From a virus (lineage: Duplodnaviria; Caudoviricetes): a stretch of DNA of 29,901 bases. The notes under the pieces are model-generated. The model worked only from the letters and a program-made list of their open reading frames with translations. It was not told where the DNA came from and made no database searches. Each line of letters starts with the position of its first letter. Positions within the stretch are counted from its first letter, which is position 1. Location of the stretch: the IMG/VR virus record IMGVR_UViG_3300015370_000037, positions 1 to 29,901 of that record. One strand, 5' to 3'. Made by a program: the position numbers and the translations under genes. This document shows, piece by piece, positions 16,654 through 25,910 of this stretch.

Positions 16654-19509
16654 TTGTTTAGTTTATTAGGCAAGATATTTTTGATATTGATTAGTGTGTT
16701 TCTGCCGGCACAGCAGATAGAAGAAGTATGGATCGCCAGCAGAGGGCTTGATGCCATCACTCCGACCCATAATCAAGAGCAGCTTTCTTTTACTCGGCTT
16801 GATAATTATATAATTGGCTCTAAAGCCGAAGAAGACCCAAAATATACCACATTATCCGTCAGGCCTGGAGTTTCGACTTTTCTCAATGACCCCGGCACAG
16901 CTACCAGAGGAATGTTTCATTACCGCAGTCCGGCCGGAGATGACCTAGTTATTTTAGCTACAACAGATACGATATTCAAATCATCAGGCACAATATGGAC
17001 AACCTTAGAGGCTGGGTTATCTGATTTTCCATGGGAAGGGATTCTTTATTCCGACCCTGATGTTGCGAGGCTTTACTTGTGCAACGGCTGGGATAAGAAC
17101 AAAAAATTCCTTTCGGGGCAGAGTGTTTTGCTCCCCATGCAAAACCAAGACAATGAAACGCAAATATCAGGCACAGTCAGGTTCGTTGTTGGAAGCTCGG
17201 TGGCTACTTGCGACGCTATTGCTAATGCCAGCTTAGAGGCAGGGCAGTATATAAAGCCTTCCACGAGCCATGCTAATACTAACTGGATTGAGATAACTTC
17301 TTTAGAGACCGTTGGCTCGGTAACCACGCTTGAATTTTCCTCGCAGTTTCCAGGAACAACCGAAGTTACAACATCTGTTGTGCGTTCAAACGATATGGAT
17401 AACAGCCGGTATATTACCGAGTTTGCGGGGCATATTGTAACTGGATATGTGAGTATATCGGCTACGACAGATGTTGGACCAAACCTTGAAGGAAGTCCTG
17501 AATACTACCTCATGCGGGACTATTACGGCGTAGCGCAAAGCTTTGAGGCAATTACATCTAATATCAGCAGGATTAAAGTTAGGATGTCTGGGGCGTTCCA
17601 ATCCCAATATCCGCCTGCCGGGAATTTAGTTGTTAGATTAAAAGATTCGATTTCCGCCTCTGCGCCTCTGGCAGAAGTTATTTATCCTATGGCCAGCTTA
17701 CCAGTAAATCCTAGTCCTGTTTCTTTTGACTTTGGTTCTATACCAGTGACGATTGGCAACACCTATTATTTCACGATAGAACGGCAGACGAGCGATACCA
17801 CGCCATTTCAGATAGAGCATGGTTCATCTGCGACAGGGACGTCTTATTGGACAGCCAATTCAACTGGATTTGATGGAAGCTGGAATAGTGGCTATACGAC
17901 ATTTGAGATTACACCAAGTTATACTGATAATTTGAGTGTTGATTATCCTGATACTTATATTGATGAGGCAAATCCGACCACGAATTACAAGTCGGCAACG
18001 CAGATTTATGCCGGAAGTCTTGGGGGAAACGTGCGCAAAGCAGTTGTTAAAAGTTTAATAGAATATCATGGATTAACTACTGAAGCACAACCCTGGACGA
18101 ACGTTAAATATAGTATGTATAAGACGGGTGCTGGCACTGGGGAGATCACGGCAGCTCGTATAGTCAGGGTGGACAATCTTCAAGCTATGACTTGGAACAA
18201 AAATAATACGGTTGTGAATTGGGCGCAAGCTGGTTGTAATAAAGCTGGCACCACGGCTGGAGATGATTATACTGTGGTAGCTATGTCAACAGAAGCCATA
18301 ACTTCAGTAGAAGGATATGTAACTTGGGAAGTAACAACTTTATCAGCAAGTTGGGATGTTGACACAAACATCAATTATGGCATGGTAATCAGCAACGAAA
18401 CCAGCGGGCAAATAGTTACTTTTGAAAGCTCTAATGCTTCAAGCAACAAGCCTAAATGGTTATTAACAACCCTAACCGGCTCGGCTGAATCGGGACATGA
18501 CCTTTATTTTGAAATCTCGTCAGAAGACAGCGATAGAAGCACGGTTGTTTATAGCAAACGCTTTTTTCCCGAGAATTACCCTTCATTAAATACATTTGAT
18601 ATTCCTGGCAGGATAGTGGGATTAGCCAAAACCGGCGGCTATTTAATTGTAGGCGGCAAAGACCCCGACGCCATGCACTTTTACCGCTTTACGGGGGACG
18701 TATTAGACGGCAAAGGCATAGACTATGTTACCACGGTAAACGATATAACTTTTGGCAGTTCCAAGTCAATAGCCTATCCCCCAATGGACGATTCGTTCAT
18801 ATTCTTTTCAGGGTTAGGAATTTATCATCAGAAAGGCTTGCAGACAATGCTTCTATCGGCGCAGATCAGAGAACAAGCCAAGAAGTTTTCTGATTACCGT
18901 GACCCAAGGGATTACTACGGCGGTTTAGCGGATTTAATGCCGCAGGCGACGATTCTACCTACCAAAGACACTTATTTAATATCCGTGCCGAATGCTGAAT
19001 CAATAAACAGCTATATTTACGGGTTAAATTACGCAATGGGAAGCTGGTATCGCTGGACTAATCTAAACGCTACAACTTTAATGACCAGAAGATCGGGGGG
19101 AATAGAGCCTCGGCTTTATTTAGGATATGGCACAGGCCAAGTCTACACGCTGGACACTTCGGGGTCAACGACTACGGTAGCTACGGCAGAATTTTTCCTT
19201 AACAAAAACGATATAACCAAGACTAAGAAATTGAATTTTATAGAATTTGGGGTTAGAAAAGATAATCCCCTAACAAATAGTGTTGTTAGTTTAGAGGTAG
19301 GAACGATAGATAAAGGCGGAAGTGAAACTTATGGAAAAGCTTTAGATGACAACGCTACAACAGATAAAATGGAATATATTAACTTTACTCCTGGCTTAAC
19401 GGCCAAGGAGTTTAAGTTGAAGTTTACCCAGCAGGCGACTGCCGGGGCGGTATCAATTCGGTCAATACGGTATAACTACACCGTAAATAACACACCAGGA
19501 GGGAAATAA
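16654..19509 (+). CDS. Tail nozzle / tail tubular protein B (P22 gp10/T7 gp12-like) with inserted domains and an N-terminal signal peptide
   Basis: RGL...LDN...LSVRPG start motif, YLCNG, VVYS...PE, FFSGLGIY, LSAQI, W..W propeller blades, KKL...C-terminal beta domain; follows the adaptor; TTG start, SD GGTGG. Confidence 0.8.
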   Translation: MFSLLGKIFLILISVFLPAQQIEEVWIASRGLDAITPTHNQEQLSFTRLDNYIIGSKAEEDPKYTTLSVRPGVSTFLNDPGTATRGMFHYRSPAGDDLVILATTDTIFKSSGTIWTTLEAGLSDFPWEGILYSDPDVARLYLCNGWDKNKKFLSGQSVLLPMQNQDNETQISGTVRFVVGSSVATCDAIANASLEAGQYIKPSTSHANTNWIEITSLETVGSVTTLEFSSQFPGTTEVTTSVVRSNDMDNSRYITEFAGHIVTGYVSISATTDVGPNLEGSPEYYLMRDYYGVAQSFEAITSNISRIKVRMSGAFQSQYPPAGNLVVRLKDSISASAPLAEVIYPMASLPVNPSPVSFDFGSIPVTIGNTYYFTIERQTSDTTPFQIEHGSSATGTSYWTANSTGFDGSWNSGYTTFEITPSYTDNLSVDYPDTYIDEANPTTNYKSATQIYAGSLGGNVRKAVVKSLIEYHGLTTEAQPWTNVKYSMYKTGAGTGEITAARIVRVDNLQAMTWNKNNTVVNWAQAGCNKAGTTAGDDYTVVAMSTEAITSVEGYVTWEVTTLSASWDVDTNINYGMVISNETSGQIVTFESSNASSNKPKWLLTTLTGSAESGHDLYFEISSEDSDRSTVVYSKRFFPENYPSLNTFDIPGRIVGLAKTGGYLIVGGKDPDAMHFYRFTGDVLDGKGIDYVTTVNDITFGSSKSIAYPPMDDSFIFFSGLGIYHQKGLQTMLLSAQIREQAKKFSDYRDPRDYYGGLADLMPQATILPTKDTYLISVPNAESINSYIYGLNYAMGSWYRWTNLNATTLMTRRSGGIEPRLYLGYGTGQVYTLDTSGSTTTVATAEFFLNKNDITKTKKLNFIEFGVRKDNPLTNSVVSLEVGTIDKGGSETYGKALDDNATTDKMEYINFTPGLTAKEFKLKFTQQATAGAVSIRSIRYNYTVNNTPGGK

Positions 19510-19510
19510 A

Positions 19511-20521
19511 ATGGTAATAACAGGAGGAGCAACGCTGCTAGATGCCCTTAAAACAACTGGCACTATGCCAGCAGATTGGCAAAATCAACAAAGAGCATTA
19601 GATCGTTTAATGGAACAACAAAGAGCGAGACAAGGAGGAGGGATTAAGGCTTTCCAGCCAAGCCAGCCACGCACATTGACTCCGGCAATGCAAAGGCAAG
19701 CGGCGATAGATTATCAAAGAGCGACACAGGGAGGCAGGATTCCAATGCCTCAAGTAACAGACCCAGGGGCGTCAGCGGTTTCAAGCGGCGGTGCAACTTC
19801 TATCCCAGGAATAACTAATCCTTACTTTGACCCTGCTACACAGCAGAAAGGTTATAGTGCTTTGGAACAGGCATTGGCTCCGGGTATAAGAGGCGGCACA
19901 GAGCAGGTTATGAGCCAGATTAGCCCTTATATGAGAGGTAGCAGAGGGGCTTCGTTGCTTAGGGAAGTAATGCAACCAGCACAGCAGGCTAGGGCGCAGT
20001 TTGGGTTAGGACAGGCACAGGCAGGCACAGCTTATGAGGCGGAGTTGCCTTTCAGAGCCGCACCGTTTACTGGAACATTTGGAGGCGAGAAAACATTCCC
20101 GACGCAGGTAGCAGAAGCGGCTATGACTGGACAGTATGGCGGCAGGCCAACGACTTCTTATATAAGTCAGATGATGCCTTGGATAACAGAAGGATATTTG
20201 CCTAGTTCAACACTTCCAGGAATGGAGGGAATAAGGACTGGCAGAGAAATAGACCCAGCAGAATCAGCCGCCCAAAGAGCAGGATTTAGAAGTGCTTATG
20301 AGCAAGCTCTTTATATGGCCGACCCAGAAGCTTACGAAAGAATGTTTGGCAAACGGTCAGGTTCGCCAGTTTTTACTGAAGGTGGCGGAGGATGGGGAGC
20401 AACACTTGACCCTAGCACTGGAATGCCTTGGGGGGCGGTTCCTAATGTTGGAAGTGATAAGCCATATCTAGGAATGGCTTACGGACCGCACGTAGCTAGA
20501 GGTGGAATAAGAGCCTTTTAA
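19511..20521 (+). CDS. Putative internal virion/ejection protein
   Basis: Q/A/G/P-rich low-complexity sequence, repeated TG.YGG motifs; position after the nozzle. Confidence 0.6.
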   Translation: MVITGGATLLDALKTTGTMPADWQNQQRALDRLMEQQRARQGGGIKAFQPSQPRTLTPAMQRQAAIDYQRATQGGRIPMPQVTDPGASAVSSGGATSIPGITNPYFDPATQQKGYSALEQALAPGIRGGTEQVMSQISPYMRGSRGASLLREVMQPAQQARAQFGLGQAQAGTAYEAELPFRAAPFTGTFGGEKTFPTQVAEAAMTGQYGGRPTTSYISQMMPWITEGYLPSSTLPGMEGIRTGREIDPAESAAQRAGFRSAYEQALYMADPEAYERMFGKRSGSPVFTEGGGGWGATLDPSTGMPWGAVPNVGSDKPYLGMAYGPHVARGGIRAF

Positions 20522-20961
20522 TGATTATAAAAAAGATGGATATAGAGACATCGAAAAATAACAAGGGTAAAATACTTGAATTGTTCAACAAGTATTATGG
20601 CAGAATAGGCTATGATATTATTGGTGCGACAGAGTTATTTGAATCAGTTATAGAGCGACTGAATAATGGCAATATGCTTTTTTTAACATGGGGTGATTAT
20701 GAAGGGTTTCTAACTTGCGATTGGAAAACTAATCCTATTAAGAAACGCAAAGAGGGAGTTATCTGGACGGTTTATAATCCTGACCCTAAATACAAGGCAA
20801 AGGTGTTGAGCATGATTGAATCGGAGGCTAACCAAAAGGGAATTGACGCGATAGTGTTCTTTGCCGAAAAGCCATTGTTGTTCAATAAAATTGTGGAGGA
20901 TTTTGGGTATAACATGACTCTAGGATATTTTGAAAAACAATTAAAGGAGGGTGTTAAATAA
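20521..20961 (+). CDS. GNAT-fold-like protein of the ejection module
   Basis: EGFL, IWTVY, IESEANQKGIDAIVF, FGY pattern; podophages often have an acetyltransferase-fold gene at this position. Confidence 0.55.
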   Translation: MIIKKMDIETSKNNKGKILELFNKYYGRIGYDIIGATELFESVIERLNNGNMLFLTWGDYEGFLTCDWKTNPIKKRKEGVIWTVYNPDPKYKAKVLSMIESEANQKGIDAIVFFAEKPLLFNKIVEDFGYNMTLGYFEKQLKEGVK

Positions 20962-21521
20962 TGCCACCAGTAGTAGCAGCATTAGGAGCCATTGGTAGCG
21001 CGGCTGCCCCTGTCGTAGGGGCGATAGGAAGCGGTTTAGGGACAGTAGGCGGAGCAATAGGAAGTGGTCTAGGAACTTTAGCCGGTGGTGCAATGACTGG
21101 CGCAGACTTGTTAGGAAAAGCCTTACTGGGTGGCAGTCAATACGTTGCCAATCCTCTTGCTGTTTATGAAGCAACTGGTAATCTTGGAAAAACAGTTACT
21201 ACCCCAGGACTTTTATCTCAAGTAGGCGGAGCAATAAATTCTCCTGTCGGACAAACGCTTTTGAAGTATGGATTAGGACAACAAGAAAAACAATCTCAGC
21301 AAGCTGAATATAACCAGCAGTTACAAGAAGCAGAGAAACAAAGTCGCATAGCGCAACTTATAGCCCCTCAAAGAAGTTCTATTGCTGATATTTCTGCGGC
21401 AAGCCAGCAATATGCTCCTGACATATCAGCGTTAGCGCAGGCATTGGCTCCGCCACAATATACTCCGCCATTACAGCAATTTTATCCACAATCGCAACAA
21501 GGGGGTTATTATGGTTACTGA
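20961..21521 (+). CDS. Putative small ejection (DNA transfer) protein
   Basis: Gly/Ala-rich hydrophobic N-half with tandem GAIGSGLGT repeats, Gln-rich C-half; SD AAGGAGG. Confidence 0.65.
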   Translation: MPPVVAALGAIGSAAAPVVGAIGSGLGTVGGAIGSGLGTLAGGAMTGADLLGKALLGGSQYVANPLAVYEATGNLGKTVTTPGLLSQVGGAINSPVGQTLLKYGLGQQEKQSQQAEYNQQLQEAEKQSRIAQLIAPQRSSIADISAASQQYAPDISALAQALAPPQYTPPLQQFYPQSQQGGYYGY

Positions 21522-22125
21522 TTACGGTTCAACGATATTAAATCTAGCCAGTTCAGAAAAGATGAGGAAAGAGGTTGAAAAGGCGCAGCAAAAGGCTCAA
21601 AGAGCCAATTTGACCGCGGCTTTGACTGGGATGTTTGCTCAAGCCTTAACTTCTGGTGGATTATTTCCACAAGAAGGCGGCATGAATTTAGGCGCTTTAG
21701 TCAGCCCTGAATCAATGCAAGCCGGATTCATAGGCGGTATGCAACCCGTTGCAGACTCAGGCAGGGATTTGATGGCCGGGGGATTATCGGGAATGCAAGT
21801 TGCTCAAGCAGCAAAGGAAAAAGCAATATCAGAAGCAACTGCAACCACAAAAGAACAGATGGAAATTTATAAATTAAGAGAAAATGTATTATCTAACTTC
21901 GATCTTGTAGGCGAAGGACAAGGTGGCTTTTTGGCTGAAACAGCTGTGCCGGGAGTATTTCCGACAGGGACTTACTTGAAACGTAAAGCGCCGACGCCGT
22001 TGTTTGGCGGCTTAGATTTTGGGGCGACGCAACAAGTAGAACATCCCATTATTAAATTATTAAAAGATAAGGGGGCGGCCCCAGCAGAAATAGAGCAAGT
22101 TAAGAAAGACTTAGGGATAAAATAG
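21511..22125 (+). CDS. Putative ejection protein
   Basis: Ala/Gly/Gln-rich helical protein within the ejection cluster. Confidence 0.6.
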   Translation: MVTDYGSTILNLASSEKMRKEVEKAQQKAQRANLTAALTGMFAQALTSGGLFPQEGGMNLGALVSPESMQAGFIGGMQPVADSGRDLMAGGLSGMQVAQAAKEKAISEATATTKEQMEIYKLRENVLSNFDLVGEGQGGFLAETAVPGVFPTGTYLKRKAPTPLFGGLDFGATQQVEHPIIKLLKDKGAAPAEIEQVKKDLGIK

Positions 22126-22149
22126 GGATAAAAGGGAGGAACTAGTCTT

Positions 22150-22811
22150 ATGGTTACAACCCAAGAAATATTAAAGAAATATGGAATATCTCAAACGGAT
22201 GTTAAAAAGTTAGGAGAACCGCAGTCGCCTAAATTGTTTGGCAAGGAAGTTGAATTCAAAGGTGCAACAGTTGGTGGTGCGAGATTCGATATTAAAACCC
22301 CAGAAGATGACTTGCTAAAAAAATATGAAGTAAGAACTGAAAAAGCTAGAGCAGTAAAGGCGGAAAGAGAAGCTGGCGGTGAAAGATTAGCGGGAGCACA
22401 ATTAGACGATTTGGTTGGCTTGGCAAATACCATAAATAAATTAGAAGATTTATTAGCAGAAATGAAGCAAAAAAATATCCTACTGGAATTTTGGCAGGAA
22501 AAATGCCTTATAAGCAATATATATATGGTCCGGAGTATGAAGTTTGGAGAACGAGAGGAGAAGAAGTATTTCAACAATATAGAAAAGCAATTACCGGCGC
22601 ACAAGCTTCGGTAAAAGAATTGGCATATTTAAGGCCGATTATGCCTAGTGAAAAAGATACTTTTAGAACGTGGATTATAAAAGCAGAAAAGCAGATATCC
22701 GACAATAGAAAAAAAGTTAAAACTACATTAAATGTTTTAGAAAAAGCTGGTTATAATATCGATGCGGTTAGGGACGTTTATAATCGTTCATTTGAAGAAG
22801 AATTCTTTTAA
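22150..22811 (+). CDS. Putative ejection protein split by a -1 frameshift at the A7 run (22469-22475)
   Basis: ORFs 22150-22614 and 22491-22811 join as ...EMKQKKYPTGILAGKMP... if one base is added or re-read in the A7 run, giving ~220 aa. Confidence 0.65.
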
Positions 22812-22823
22812 GGAGGACTAAAA

Positions 22824-24710
22824 ATGCCCATTTTTGTAGAAGGCAAAGAAAAACCTTTTGACGCAATATCGTTTTTTTTGAAACAAGGATTAGATCCGGT
22901 TGAATATGACCCTAAAACAACCATCATTCGAGTTAAAAATAGAGCCGGAAAAGTTAAGCCTTATAATTTAACTCGCCTTTTAAGTAAGATGGGACATAAA
23001 ATAACTGACGCCTCCTCATTAAATACCCCAGAACAAGCCATATCGGAAAGCCCGGTTAGTTTTTTGGATAGATTAAAATTAAGTTTTTCAGTTGATCCCG
23101 ATCGTCCTGCGGCTGTAAAGAAAATGAAAGAAACCTTCTCAGAAGCAAAAATGACTGAAGATGGCACATTGGTTGTAAATGAAAATGGCGTCTGGAAAAG
23201 GGTTGATCCAAGAGGATTAGACGCGGGAGATTTAGCGGATATGGCTGGTTATTTATTACCTGTGCTTGGTTATTCAATTGGAGCGCCGCTTGGAGCGGCT
23301 GCGGTTGGAGCCCCAACATTAGGCTTTGGTATTCCAGTAGGGGCAGTTGCTGGCGGTGCAGCTGGATCAGGTATAGGGGAAGTCGCCAGACAACAGATAG
23401 GGGTGGGAATGGGAGTAAAAGAGCCAGGAGTTTATTTGCCATCTTTGGGATTAGAAATGGTTGGTGGTGCCGCTGGACCCTATGTTGAAAAAGGCGTAGG
23501 TATAGCATGGCGAGCTGGTAAAGGGCAGTTATTAAAAGCTGTTCCTAAATTAGCTAATATGCTTGCCGGCGTGCCAGAAGAAGTTGTTGAATGGGCAATG
23601 AAGCATCCAGAAGATATTACAAGTGGCGCTGTAAAAGAAGTTAAATTGCCTAGTGGCAGAATATATAAAATGAGTAAAGGAATATTGATAAAACTTCAAA
23701 AAGCTGTTGGAGCCGCCGGATCAGAAATAGAAAAGGAAGTTGCTAAACAGGCAGGAAAAGCTGGAGGTCAACCAATCAACGCCAGCCTAGTAAAAGCCCA
23801 GGTTACAAGATATGTAAATGAATTAATTGATGACGGACTAATAAAAATTCCCAAAACAGCAAAGGGAGCTCAATTTGATGAAGCGGCAATTCGGCGATTA
23901 GAGCATATTCCAGAACCATTAAAAATGCTTTACGATAAAATAGACGATATGGCTGTAAAAAGATACAGTGCTACTACACAAAAATATGTTCCATCTTTAA
24001 CGTTTGAAGAAGCCCATAACTTAAAACAAACCCTTTATGGCTTAAATAAAAAATATTATGGCAAAGCGGCTGATTGGACAGATGTAATTCATAAAGGATA
24101 TGCAATAGCAGCAGATACTATCAATCAACAATTAAGAGATATTTCCCCTGATTATATGAAATATAATTTACGCTACGGGGAGTTGGTTGATACCATATCT
24201 GACGCTGGTTTAGACCTTGCGGAAAAAGGACCAACAGTTAAAAAAATAAATGCTTGGTTGACTAAAGTAGCCAAAGGCACAATTAGCGAGCCAGAAAAAG
24301 AAACATTAGCCAATTTAAGTAAAGCCGCTGGCAAAGATATAACCAGCGCTGCTGCAAAAGCCGGCCAAGCGGTTCAAGCTCAAAAGGCGATGGCTGGAAG
24401 AACAGCAAGAGAATTTGGTAAGCCAACTGATCCAATTAGAGCCGCTATATTAGCAACTACAATGGGCGGAGAAGAAGCAATGACTGGCAATATTCCTGGG
24501 GCTGTTTCAAAGGGGCTCGGGGGTGCGTTGGCAGCTGTTCCAGCAGCTTGGGGATATGGCATTAAAGGAGCCCATTTAGCAAGCCAATTTGTGAAACCAG
24601 TTTTAGAACCAGTTGGCAGGTCGGCATTAGCCAGAGCTTTATTAACCAAGACGGGAATGGAAGGTGTCGGCGGAGTTGCAGGGCAAAGATTAAACCTTCG
24701 CTATCAATAA
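22824..24710 (+). CDS. Large internal virion/ejection protein
   Basis: 628 aa; Gly/Ala-rich membrane-insertion-like segment (GAPLGAAAVG...AGGAAGSGIGE) followed by a helical body; SD AAGGAGG. Confidence 0.7.
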   Translation: MPIFVEGKEKPFDAISFFLKQGLDPVEYDPKTTIIRVKNRAGKVKPYNLTRLLSKMGHKITDASSLNTPEQAISESPVSFLDRLKLSFSVDPDRPAAVKKMKETFSEAKMTEDGTLVVNENGVWKRVDPRGLDAGDLADMAGYLLPVLGYSIGAPLGAAAVGAPTLGFGIPVGAVAGGAAGSGIGEVARQQIGVGMGVKEPGVYLPSLGLEMVGGAAGPYVEKGVGIAWRAGKGQLLKAVPKLANMLAGVPEEVVEWAMKHPEDITSGAVKEVKLPSGRIYKMSKGILIKLQKAVGAAGSEIEKEVAKQAGKAGGQPINASLVKAQVTRYVNELIDDGLIKIPKTAKGAQFDEAAIRRLEHIPEPLKMLYDKIDDMAVKRYSATTQKYVPSLTFEEAHNLKQTLYGLNKKYYGKAADWTDVIHKGYAIAADTINQQLRDISPDYMKYNLRYGELVDTISDAGLDLAEKGPTVKKINAWLTKVAKGTISEPEKETLANLSKAAGKDITSAAAKAGQAVQAQKAMAGRTAREFGKPTDPIRAAILATTMGGEEAMTGNIPGAVSKGLGGALAAVPAAWGYGIKGAHLASQFVKPVLEPVGRSALARALLTKTGMEGVGGVAGQRLNLRYQ

Positions 24711-24712
24711 AA

Positions 24713-25192
24713 ATGAAATGGTTAATTTTATTTTTAATAGCCTTATTAAGCCTGCCTGTTTATGGTAAGACACTTCCCCAGCCGCTTCGCAACATACAGG
24801 TTACCGATAGCCATAGCGCTGATGCCCGGTGGAATTTTGATGTTATACAAGGCCAATTAAAAGCCGCCGTTGGATTCCTGCCTTCCCCAACGCAAACATT
24901 AACTGTTAATTCAACTATTATAGTTGGAAGCCGTGCAATTCCCCTAGCTGGAGATGGGGCAGTAACACTAACTGCGACTCCAACAATAGCCAATGGATTT
25001 GATGGTCAAGTGGCAATTCTTATAGGAACAAGCAATGTAAACACGGTTACAATCCAGCATGGCACAACTTATAATTTGCTTTTAGATCAGGGCCAGGATT
25101 TTACTTTAGGCAATGGTGATTCTATTGTTTTATTGTTTTTAACTGCGATTGGTGATTGGATTGAATTAGACCGAAAGAACGTGGCAGGATAA
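24713..25192 (+). CDS. Signal-peptide protein with a domain paralogous to the C-terminus of 13038-13796
   Basis: SP MKWLILFLIALLSLPVYG; P.IA.G..G.......S..NT......L.L..GQ.FT.G.GD.I.L...W.E..R shared with the fibre-like gene. Confidence 0.75.
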   Translation: MKWLILFLIALLSLPVYGKTLPQPLRNIQVTDSHSADARWNFDVIQGQLKAAVGFLPSPTQTLTVNSTIIVGSRAIPLAGDGAVTLTATPTIANGFDGQVAILIGTSNVNTVTIQHGTTYNLLLDQGQDFTLGNGDSIVLLFLTAIGDWIELDRKNVAG

Positions 25193-25193
25193 A

Positions 25194-25469
25194 ATGACTA
25201 AAGACAAATACGAATGGCTGTCTATTTTTAAGAACGGGACTTTGCAGGACGTTGTTAAGCTATTGGTTTTTGTTGGAATTATCCTTGGGGTGTATTTTAG
25301 AATTGAGGGATTGTTAAATGACAAGTATGCCAGCGTAGCTTCGGTAAGGGTGGTTGAGGAGGATGTGGACAGGTTAGAGCTAACTTTGGACAGGAACTTA
25401 AGCAGCATTTCCGCCAAGCTGGATAATTTGCAAACAAACATCTGGCGGTTAGTTAAGGAGATGAAATAA
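25194..25469 (+). CDS. Holin-like single-TM protein with coiled coil
   Basis: TM LLVFVGIILGVYF followed by heptads; directly upstream of the endolysin. Confidence 0.55.
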   Translation: MTKDKYEWLSIFKNGTLQDVVKLLVFVGIILGVYFRIEGLLNDKYASVASVRVVEEDVDRLELTLDRNLSSISAKLDNLQTNIWRLVKEMK

Positions 25470-25867
25470 TGCTTAAATTTGATTTCCCTTTAGATAAAAA
25501 ATATCAATTTATATCTTCGCCGTTTGGCTGGCGATGGATATTTGGAAAATGGGGTTTTCATGGAGGGGTAGATTATCCCTGTCCGAATGGCGCGCCTATT
25601 TATGCGCCTTATAATGGAATTATAGCTGATGTGGGCAAAAGACTAAGAGCTGGCAATATTCTTGTAGTAAATCATCCTTCCGTGGGGGACGTTCAAACGG
25701 TTTATTACCATTTGAAAAAAGTATTGTTTCGGGTTGGCCAAGAAATTCAGCGAGGGGAAGTTATCGCTGAAACTGATAATACAGGGACTTGGGTTTTAGG
25801 GAATGGCCACTTACATTACGGAGTAAGGGTTAATGGCCATTGGATTGATCCTTGTCTTACTTATTGA
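25469..25867 (+). CDS. M23 family peptidase (endolysin)
   Basis: ISSPFG.R, HGGVD (HxxxD), YYHL, NTG, GHLHY (HxH), IDP; no signal peptide or binding domain. Confidence 0.92.
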   Translation: MLKFDFPLDKKYQFISSPFGWRWIFGKWGFHGGVDYPCPNGAPIYAPYNGIIADVGKRLRAGNILVVNHPSVGDVQTVYYHLKKVLFRVGQEIQRGEVIAETDNTGTWVLGNGHLHYGVRVNGHWIDPCLTY

Positions 25868-25910
25868 TTTCATAGTGTAAATGCGTTATCATATACATGA
25901 GGTGATGTAT

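Noticed and set aside
21012-21085. Tandem GAIGSGLGT repeats in the 20961 gene
   Set aside because: Ordinary Gly-rich repeats of ejection proteins with synonymous divergence; not a DNA-level element.
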